38,245 bases of DNA. Source: Callorhinchus milii (taxonomy: Eukaryota). The notes beneath the pieces were generated by a model. The model was not told the origin of the DNA. It made no database searches and worked only from the letters and a program-made list of their open reading frames with translations. The stretch lies in the NCBI RefSeq assembly GCF_018977255.1, contig NW_024705510.1, positions 1 to 38,245 of the forward strand. Reading direction: 5' to 3'. Shown one piece after another: positions 29,560 to 38,245 of this stretch (the stretch's first letter is position 1; every line of letters begins with the position of its first letter). The position numbers were made by a program, and so were the translations under genes.

Positions 29560-32500
29560 CCATGTGGTGCCGCGAAGGGTTTCAGCCGGGAGGGGTGTAC
29601 GTACCAACGGCGTTTTCCCCATTTAATCTGGATACTCTGGGGTCGCGCAATACGCACGATTTCCACAGGTCCCCTCCATGGTCTCAACAATTTAGGGGAC
29701 GTAGCCAACGGTGCATGTGGGCAGTGCAGCCAGGCCTTATCGCCTGGTTTCCAATCGTGCGTATACACCTTTGTGCATGCAATCTTTCGTTAGCGATCTG
29801 GCGAGACCTCGAATTCAACCTCGCAGCCTCTCGCGCTTCAGCCAGTTTGGCGATATTAAATTTGATGTGGTCGGCCAATTTAGACTTCGCACGTGGCTGG
29901 GAAATCCCCAGTTGGACATCCATGGGCGGATCGGCCTCCCGCCCATACATGAGAAAAAATGGGGAAAACCCCGTCGCCGCATGGGGGCCATTCGATAGGC
30001 CGCGAGACCCCAGGTACCTGTAAGTCCCAATCAACCTGATCGTTGCAGACCTGTTGGCACAGCATAGAAGTAATCGTCCTGTTTAGACGTTCAACCATTC
30101 CATCAGTCTGCGGGTGGTACGGGGAGGTACGCACTTTCTTCGTACCCAACAGGTCGCACACCTCGCGCAACAAAACGCTCGAAAAATTCTTTCCCTGGTC
30201 CGTCAGCAAGCGTTCGGGGCGCCTTTGTCCAAAACATAGCCCTGGACAAAGGCGTCCGCCACTGCCGCAGCCGACTGGTTGGCGAGTGGCCACGCCATGG
30301 GCCATCGGGTGAAGTATTCTACGCCAACCAGCAGGTACTTGTTACCCCTAGGTGTAGCGGGAAAGGGCCCCAAGATATCGAGCGCAACCAATTCGTTCGT
30401 GCGCGAAACCTGGATGGATTGTAGCGGTGGATTAGCCGCTATTGGTGGCGGTTTTCTTTGAGCGCACCCCACACATCCCTTGAGGATGTTTGCCACGTCG
30501 CTCCCCATACCCGGCCAATAATAGTCCCGTTGGAGTAGGGCGAGCGTTTTATGAAATCCCAAATGCATGAGTCGTTCGTGAGCAGCCAGAACGACTCTAC
30601 CCCGCATAGCAGATGGCACAACGAGCGTATGACGCCGGGACATATTGTCCCACTTCATCAGGAGGCCCTGTCTGACCACCCAGGAACTGACCCGCGTCTC
30701 CCCCCCCCCCGGGAGCCTCTGCCTTCCGACGCAACGTGAGTAGGGAGCTGTCGGCCATTTGGAGACGGCCCCACTCAATAAGAGGCAACGCGAGTAACGA
30801 GTCCCCGCCGTGGGAGCGGCAGGCGCGTCGACCCGCGGAGCGTCAGTGGCGGCGAGCAAAACTTCCGCGGGGACGGCGACAGGGGGTTTACACCGCGCCG
30901 ATCCCAGAAGACATGCGCATTCCGAGCGAGGCGACAACCGCGACAAGGCATCCGCATTCGAGTGCCGCAATCCCTTTCGGTAAATCGTCGTGAATTGGTA
31001 GTCTTGGAGGACCTCCAGCCATCGGGACAACTGACCGGAGGGTTGCGCCACCCGCATTGCGTATTGGAGAGCCGCGTGGTCCGTACGAACAGTAAAATGA
31101 CGGCCGTAGAGATACGGCCTGAATTGCTGGATAAAAAAAACGATCGCTAGCAATTCACGACGTGTCACACAGTAGCGTTGTTCCGCAGGTGACAAAACTC
31201 TGCTACCGTAGGCGACCACCCGTTCGACCCCCCGACCACCTGTGAGAGCACTCCCCCGATACCCGTGTTACTGGCATCCGTGTCAAGCAGGAACGGTTGC
31301 GTGAAATCGGGGTAACACAAGGGAGGAGCCCGCACCAAGGCGTCCCGAAGGGAGCAGAACGCAGCCTCCTCCTCCGGCCCCCAGTGAAACCTTACCCCTT
31401 TAGCCGTCAAAGCGTGTAGGGGCCTGGCTATGGTGGCAAAATTTTCGACAAAACGGCGGTAGTAGGAGGCGAATCCTATGAAGCTGCGGACCTCAGTGAC
31501 TGAGGTTGGCGTTGGCCATGAGCTGACGCAGTGCGTCTTAGCAGGGTCTGTAGAGATCCCTGAACGGCCAACGATATGCCCCAAGTACCTGACCGATTCC
31601 CGAAGCAGGTGACATTTAGCCGGTTTAAATTTTAATTTAGCGGAACGCATCCTGAGGAACACCCCTCTCAATCGCTGGAGGTGCTCCTCGAAAGTCCGGC
31701 TGAAAACGATGATATCATCGAGGTAAATCAAACAGGTGTCCCATTGGAGTCCTGACAAAACCAATTCCATGAGCCTCTGGAACGTGGCGGGAGCGGAATG
31801 TAGCCCCATGGGCAATCGATTGAATTGAAATAGGCCTCCTGGTGTCCGGAAAGCGGTCTTTGGTTTCGATTCCTCATCGAGGGGCAATTGCCAAAATCCC
31901 GAAAGCAGGTCAAGCGTCGAAAAAAACTGTGCTCCCGCCAAGGCATCCAGCGACTCATCCATCCTGGGGAGTGGATACGCGTCGGCCATCGAGATTTTAT
32001 TTAGGCGGCGGAAATCCACACAAAACCGCAAGGACCCGTCCTGTTTTTTAACAAGGACGATGGGAGCACCCCACGGACTGGAAGAGGGCGAAATGATGTC
32101 GGCAGCCAACATGTCATTAACAGCCGACTGCACATGCTCCTTCTCGGCTGGGCTGAGCCGGAAGGGATTCTGCCGAATTGGGGCCGCGTCACCCGTCGCT
32201 ATGTGGTGGCGCAACAGGTCCGTGCAGCCAATATCGTACTTGTGTCTGCTAAACACATCAGCGAATTCGAGTAGCAGGCCCCTCAACGCTCCCAACTGCA
32301 CACTAGACAAGTTACTAGACCCAGCACACAACGAGTCCAACCATTCTGTCTCCTCCTCAATGGAGGATGCGTATCGAGGCTAGAATCCGCATGTGCAACG
32401 AGCTGTTCATCCACGGGTAGCGGCGCCGCGTGAGCCAGCACCGTGCCCTGTGTAATAACAGCTGGCCGCGACCCCGTATTCAGAACCATAACGAATGGAT

Positions 32501-33260
32501 CCCTGTCCGCCCGCACCATGGTCTGAGCTACCGCTAAGTCGAGGCCCCCAACAGCTCTGTTTGACGGCCCCAACAGAACACCTTGTTCCGCCGCATCCAC
32601 CCCGAGGGTTTTCGCAATCGAAGGGGTACCAACATTTGCGATCCCGGGGGCACCCGCACAGTCTGAGTTGCCAGCGCCTGAACCGTTGCACAAACCGTGC
32701 GTATTTTGGTAGGACTTGTCAAAAATGCAACACGCCGACCCGATGGAAGCTCAATACAGGCCTGATCAACGAGAATTTTAATGGGCATTTTAGCCAGAAA
32801 GTCCGTACCCAGTAAACAAGGAACTGCCAGGGATGATGAGACAAAAATAGGACCCGCCAATTTGATATCGCCAATACAAATAGTCGCCCGAATCTGTCCG
32901 ATAATTCCCAAAGATCCCCCGTTCGCCGCGTAAAATGGTACGTCCACCGGAAGAAGGGGTCGACTTTGGACGGGAAGGATGTTATAAATAAGGTCCGAAA
33001 TGATAGTGGCCGACGCACCCGTGTCCACCAGCACCCGGACCTCAACCCCGTCAATAAAACCCGTTACTACGGACGACCCGGCCGACGCAGCCACTATCCT
33101 GTGGGCCAACTCGGACCATTCGACTGCTCCCGGGCCGTGTACGAACCCCCCTCGCCGAACCGAATCCCCGGCCCCATACGCGGTCCCCCCACCGCGAAGC
33201 GGCGACCCGAGTGTGCCGTGTATGTGGACCGAGCGTGTGGGGTGCCGCGACTTGCCGGGG
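29560..33260 (-). CDS. pol: Gypsy pol (protease, RT, RNase H, integrase), broken by multiple frameshifts; ends approximate
   Basis: LVDTGAS protease; YLDD RT; TDAS RNase H; H..H/C..C zinc finger; LDILGP, TDQGKNF, GMVERLN integrase DDE; WRGP motif. Confidence 0.92.
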
Positions 33261-34571
33261 TTAGCTGGGACGACTTGGGCCTTGGTCGTCGTCCGGACGT
33301 GGTCCCGTGGCGCGCTGACGCGGAGCCCGGCACCCGGACGCGACGTGACCCCGAAGGCCGCAGTTGTAACACATGACGAGGGACGTCGTAGGTTTCGGTT
33401 GCTCCAGCTTGCGGGACGATCGTATGGGCGAACGACCTCCCGATCTCCACTCCCCCGGTCTCGACACGGTGAAGGCCTCCTCCCGAGCCGTAGCAGTCTG
33501 AGGCTCGGCGACCGTCGCGGCAGGTGTCGCGATCCCCGCCGATGCACAGACGACCGTCCGCTTGCGCTTGAGGACCTCGTGTGCGTGGATGCTTGTAGCA
33601 ACCCCCAAGGAGCAGATGTCCATTTCGTCCGCCGTATTGATGGGGACTCCCAGGTCGTGAGCCAACGCCAGCAGCTGCTCTGTCACCATGGCGTCCTTCC
33701 CCTCCTTGTCCATGCGGGGAAAGGCGGCGTCCGCCAGGGCGAGCAGCGACGTGCGATAGGCGAGCGTAGTTTCTCCCTCCATCTTACGCCGTTCGTAGAA
33801 CTGGTGGCGACAGGTCGAGGGCGGTCCGAACACCTTAGCCATGAGGTGTAGCGCGGCCTGGAGCGTTGAGCGGGACGACCTTGGGGCGGATGTGAAGGCC
33901 GCGAGTGCGTCGTCGTCGAGCGTCGCCGGCAGCGCGCGTAAGGCAGTGGTGTCGGACCACCCCGACATCTCTTGATGTGCGAGGAACCTTCGTTGGAAGG
34001 CCCCCCAGTCGCCCCCGTCCGCCTTGAACGCCGTCAGCGCGGGAAGTCTTTGTTGGAAGACCTGGTCGTCGTCCTCCGATGAATGCTTTTCCCGCGCGCC
34101 GCTGTGGTTGACGAAAATGGCGGCTCCGTCGGCAGGCGCATGGTGGAGAGTTTTGGCGCGCGCCGATGACGCGGGCTGTGTAGAGTGGAGGTCCCCGACC
34201 ACGTGGTGTCCACGCTTCCCGCCAATCGATGGTGGACCCTCAAAGTTGGCGCCAATTTCAAAACTTTCGGCGCGGAGCGCGTTCTGGCGGGATTCCTCGG
34301 CCCGTGCTCCCTCCTCCAACCTCGTTGTCGTCCTCCCGCCTCCAGAAGCGGTGATTTCCGCCAAAATTGAAGCGGCGGCGAGCAGCAACTCCGCCAGGCG
34401 GGAGTGTGCATCCTGGAGGCCGGTGTCGGAGGCGAGCGGAGCGTCGGCCATCGCCGCGAAGTGCTGCAGCGGCGGCATCTCTTCGTCCTCGCCTCCCGAG
34501 GCTTGCGGTTCCGGTACGCCGTCGTCTTCCCGATCTCGCTCGTGGGTACGGGTAGTCTTCCTGGTATCCAT
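33261..34571 (-). CDS. gag: Gypsy gag
   Basis: ATG at 34571 just after the PBS; open to TAA at 33261; zinc knuckle CYNCGLRGHVASGC. Confidence 0.88.
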   Translation of the reverse strand: MDTRKTTRTHERDREDDGVPEPQASGGEDEEMPPLQHFAAMADAPLASDTGLQDAHSRLAELLLAAASILAEITASGGGRTTTRLEEGARAEESRQNALRAESFEIGANFEGPPSIGGKRGHHVVGDLHSTQPASSARAKTLHHAPADGAAIFVNHSGAREKHSSEDDDQVFQQRLPALTAFKADGGDWGAFQRRFLAHQEMSGWSDTTALRALPATLDDDALAAFTSAPRSSRSTLQAALHLMAKVFGPPSTCRHQFYERRKMEGETTLAYRTSLLALADAAFPRMDKEGKDAMVTEQLLALAHDLGVPINTADEMDICSLGVATSIHAHEVLKRKRTVVCASAGIATPAATVAEPQTATAREEAFTVSRPGEWRSGGRSPIRSSRKLEQPKPTTSLVMCYNCGLRGHVASGCRAPRQRATGPRPDDDQGPSRPS

Positions 34572-34589
34572 CCTTTTGAAGACAGGTTT

Positions 34590-34602
34590 ACTTCTGACGC
34601 CA
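34590..34602 (-). other. Primer-binding site, tRNA-Leu-like
   Basis: TGGCGTCAGAAGT 2 nt after the 5' LTR; one mismatch to the complement of a vertebrate tRNA-Leu 3' end (TGGTGTCAGAAGT, recalled). Confidence 0.75.
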
Positions 34603-34604
34603 GT

Positions 34605-35199
34605 TGTAATGTAGTAACTTGGCGGGAGACGACTTACGGGTAGCACACTCTTTATTAACACCAACTTATATTACACGGGTGGCTAACTGCAGCCTAACCC
34701 ACGGGGTTCCCCTGGCTACACCCTCACGGGCTCTTACGCCCCGTAGCTTCTCGGAACCCACCCGGCTGGGGTGTCCGTCTCGACTCTGGGTCCCACAGCC
34801 TCGTCCCACATGGACGTCAGACCACGGGTCCCACAGTCTCGCCTCCGAGCCACACAGGGTCCCGGCCCTTACAAGGACAGCGGGACTAGGGGTCTCAGGG
34901 CCCTATCTCTTCAACTCCGTCTTCGATCTTCAACTGGTTATCAACTCCCCGAGTGCTCCCGCGCGTCCCCCTTTATAGTCCTCCATGCGGACGTCGCTGA
35001 GAGCACCCACCCCAGTTGACCAATCACTGCGCGCTGCCCACGATCCTATTTCCCACATTGTGTCAGCGCGCACAACCACGCACCCCGCGCCGCCCCGTGA
35101 TCCATCACTGTCGGCGCGCGTCAACACCACCACTCGATGTAGCCACGCCCGGCGCGCTCACACACACGCCCCCCCTTGTCAGCGCGTACCGCCACTACA
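34605..35199 (-). repeat. 5' LTR (595 bp)
   Basis: Matches 28354-28950 except for 3 C/T substitutions and a few short indels seen by eye. Confidence 0.95.
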
Positions 35200-35409
35200 C
35201 ATATAAAATAAGATAAACACCTATAAAGGCCGGCACAGACTCACACCCGGCTGTCTTTAACTCCCCAGTGCTTATGTTCACATGCAATGCACCAGTTACT
35301 CATTAAAGGTTGAGTCGTCCGAAGCGCTTCCCAAGGACCGGTTCAGATATCACTCGTCAATGAGGTTAGCCATGGCCAGGATTTAAACTCAGGCCGTCAG
35401 ATTCATTGC

Positions 35410-35880
35410 GCATGGGTGGGTGGGTGAGTCAGAGTATGAAACAGTGGGTGAATGAAGAGTGAGTGGGTAAATGGGTGAATGGGTAAGTATATGGGTGGGA
35501 AACAATGAGCTAGTGAGTGTGTGAGTGAGGGCATGGGTGTATGCCTGTATGTATATATGTGTGCGTGTGTTTGTGTTGGGAGCGGTAGGGTAGCGGTTAG
35601 TGGGCAGTGTAGGGTAGCGGTAAGCATGCTGCACTACCTGGTGAAGTGTGTAATCGTCGCCACTGGGAGATAAAGCCACCCATCCCCTCGTGGACGTTCC
35701 GGTTTTCATAGGTGTTCGCTAACAACACTTGCCCCAACAGTCTGTTAAGGCTATACGGGAGATCTTTGTCTTTGTTATTATGTGTGAGCATTTAAATGCG
35801 CGCGAGTATGGGTGAGTGTGTGTGAACGAGTGGCTAGGTGAGTGGGTGAGTGATTGAGTGCACACACTGAATGTGTGTGT
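35410..35880. repeat. GT/GAGT-rich low-complexity tracts
   Basis: gggtgagt/gtgt repeats at about 35410-35620 and 35805-35885. Confidence 0.7.
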
Positions 35881-35894
35881 ACGTGTACGTTTAC

Positions 35895-36053
35895 CTGCCA
35901 AGTCGCTGAGCCATGGCCCCGCGAGAATGGCCCCCGCGAGTCCCCCCACGGCGAACACGGACGCATGATGGACCAGATCAGTGTGAGCACGGAACTGCTC
36001 ACGGGGTGCCCATAGCGCGACTCCCACGTGCTGTTAATGAAACCCTGCACCAC
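35895..36053 (-). CDS. Class II SLC2A exon, loop 1-TM2 (two single bases missing)
   Basis: gtcgcag|GTG...AG|GTAAAC; VVQGFINSTWESRYGHPVSSSVLTLIWSI.ASVFAVGGLAGAILAGP.AQRLG(R), with the N-glycosylation sequon NST and a GR joining in phase 2 to the 27861 exon; 159 bp where 161 is needed. Confidence 0.88.
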
Positions 36054-36303
36054 CTGCGACACCCACATACACAGCTGTGGTTATGAGGCGTCATTACTAA
36101 GCAGCCATGCTCAAGCCACTGCTGGATGAATGCATCCGCCAAGCCACCCGCCATGTATTATAATCCGCAGATGCAGCAATCCGTATAATACCAGCACGTG
36201 ATTTCATCACTCCATCTCCACACTATATGTACTTTGGATGCGTTCCATTCCTTGGCTACGACTCCGTGATAATTATTGACCATCGTCCATAATCCCTTCT
36301 ATA

Positions 36304-36787
36304 TGTAATGCGAGCAAGGATTGAGGGGGGGCGGAGTTTGGGTCACGTGGGGAGTGGGTGGAGTTAGGTCACGTGGGAGAGAGGATTTAGGGAGAGAACC
36401 GGAAGGGGAAGGGGGAGTTGAGACGGAGTGAAACAGGAGGAGGCCACGCTGGCAGGACGGAGAGAGTGGCGCGGTCGCCACGCAGTGGGAGACGTCGACA
36501 TCGTTAGCCATCGGTGTCAGACGCAGAGAGCTAGCGGCTGTGGGAGGCTAGCTGTATATGGGGCAGCAGTGAAGCTAGAGAGCGGAGCAGCGGTGTGGCT
36601 GCAAGGCGGAGCAGCAGGGAGACTGCCTAACAGAGCAGCAGGGAGACTGCATATCGGAGCAGCGAGGGGCTGTGGAGAGGTCGTCGAGAGGAACGCGGGT
36701 CTGAGCGAGGACGCCGTGGTATCGAGATTCTACGAACCCAATAAAGAACAACGGAGATCGACATCTGAGAGAGAGTCCTTTATTACA
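36304..36787 (+). mobile_element. Solo LTR
   Basis: TGTAA...TTACA termini, TATA TSD on both sides, AATAAA at 36740-36745. Confidence 0.85.
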
Positions 36788-36950
36788 TATATATGACGTC
36801 TCCTGCCTAAGCCCCGCTCCCCTAGCAGGATATGTAATGTCGTTAAACTGTGCTGGTAATCTATGTGTTGCTCTTTGCATCTCTCAATGTAATTGTAAGG
36901 GTGCATCTCCTGCACACTTCTATGTATGTGAACTATACGATTATAATTCT

Positions 36951-37100
36951 AGATTTGAAGCTTTCGTGACTACAAGGATTCATATTCTTAGGTTTTTTTC
37001 GGTAAGTCACGTAGGTAAAACATCAAAATTAATAAAAAATAAAATAAAACAAAATCACGACGTTTCGGAGGCAACACAAGTCTCCGTCATCATGTGGGAC
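36951..37100 (-). mobile_element. Penelope-like fragment with hammerhead motif (37056-37096; core C3 replaced by A)
   Basis: Homologous to 25033-25092 and 25340-25440; minus strand CAC-AUGAUGA-C-GGAGAC(uuguguu)GCCUCC-GAAACGUC-GUG. Confidence 0.6.
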
Positions 37101-37398
37101 CGTCACAGCCGGATTAGCTGCATCAAGGTTATACACACAAACGATTATACACACAAACTAAACTCGGGATCACGATAACCGTTCTAAACATGATCTAATA
37201 TGACCGAAGCTTTTGTGTAAAGTTGTGTTTCTGTTAGGGACTCACCATACACAAAAGACATTGACATTTTTTTGTTAGTTCCTTTTGTTTGTTCAACATG
37301 AGAATTCAAGAGGCCAGGATGAGTCTCATTTGCAATAATGGCCCGGAACATTAGTCTTCCCTTAGGGGACCAACGATTGTTGCTGCTGTTTATACACC

Positions 37399-37999
37399 TG
37401 TAACGTCCTTGAAGGAGACTTCTTAGAGGCCACACGCTTTTATTCACCAATACTTACTACACCTAACACAAGGGGTATACGTCCCCTTACCCGTTATCCT
37501 GAGGAGCTACAGACTCCGGACTTGCCGCTATCTCCCCCGCTAGCCTAGCATCCTCCGGCTGGGGCCTAGGGGAGCACACTGACCCGCCGCTGGTCCGGCG
37601 GTCCCCGACCTCTGGTCGCTCGAGACCTTCGCCCTCACAAGGCAGGAAGGCTGGGAGCCAGGATCCTATCCAGGACCTATCTCCCCTGACCACTGGTTAC
37701 ACTGAGCCCCAGCCCTGACAAGGGCTGGAAGGCTTGGTCCAGGGTCTTCAGCCGACTTGGGTCTTCGTGTAGCAGAACTAACCAAGAGCTCTCAGCAGCT
37801 CCGGCTTTTATACCTATTCGTGGCCGGGTTAACCAATCCCCGGCCACCTCTTGGACCCCTCCGATTGGTCCTTCCCAATCTGGCGTTTGGATCCTACCTC
37901 ACCCCCCATTTGACCCTAACTGTTTGATTGAGCGGGAAAACCTTGTTTACCAACTGCTCTCTCACAGCTTGCGAACAGCGAGTAGTTATCACCACTACA
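37399..37999 (-). mobile_element. Solo LTR
   Basis: TG...CA termini, CACC TSD (37395-37398, 38000-38003), minus-strand TATAAAA near 37806-37812 and AATAAA near 37438-37443. Confidence 0.87.
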
Positions 38000-38245
38000 C
38001 ACCCAATTAAGTAATTTGTGGTGTAATTTTTTTAATTTGGCTAAATTTGACCCCTGATGCCTGGCAGACAATGTCCTAATCTTGTGAATGACGCCGCAGA
38101 ATATTTAACATCCACGGCAAGTGAAGCAATGGCAACATATACACTATTATTAATAATCAGGGATATTGCTGGATTCGAACTGAACGTCTTCAACGCACCG
38201 CTGAGGTGCGTCATTGATTAAAGGCGTTATTGCCCGAAACGAAAT

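Larger units (their letters stand above)
28354..35199 (-). mobile_element. Full-length Ty3/Gypsy LTR retrotransposon
   Basis: Two near-identical LTRs, CATA TSD (28350-28353, 35200-35203), PBS, gag with CCHC knuckle, pol in PR-RT-RH-INT order. Confidence 0.97.

Noticed and set aside
28854..29560. env-like or extra ORF at the Gypsy 3' end
   Set aside because: The frame reads through low-complexity UTR into the LTR; hydrophobic stretches derive from GTT/TGT repeats.
38212..38245. Hammerhead-like ...ggcgttattgcccgaaacg at the window end
   Set aside because: CUGANGA box is degenerate and the motif is cut by the window edge.

Overview
Eukaryotic (vertebrate-like) genomic DNA. GC-rich exons and the repeat content suggest a jawless fish such as lamprey, but this is inference only. 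Most of the window (5990-25658, minus strand) is a 32-exon SRCAP gene (HSA domain, split SNF2 ATPase, AT-hook tail) whose 5' exons are not visible. Directly upstream on the same strand are two exons of a class II SLC2A/GLUT sugar transporter (27737-27861, 35895-36053) whose downstream exons are not visible, so the two half-genes abut across about 2 kb that contains a perfect 20-bp hairpin. A young full-length Gypsy LTR retrotransposon (28354-35199) sits in the SLC2A intron. Also present: three solo LTRs with target-site duplications (TSDs), Harbinger and hAT MITEs, SINE remnants and Penelope-like fragments carrying minimal hammerhead ribozyme motifs. One SRCAP intron holds an H/ACA snoRNA resembling SNORA1 (22335-22469). 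Single-base frameshifts, mostly in short homopolymers, interrupt SRCAP, one SLC2A exon and the Gypsy pol, most likely long-read consensus errors rather than pseudogenisation.
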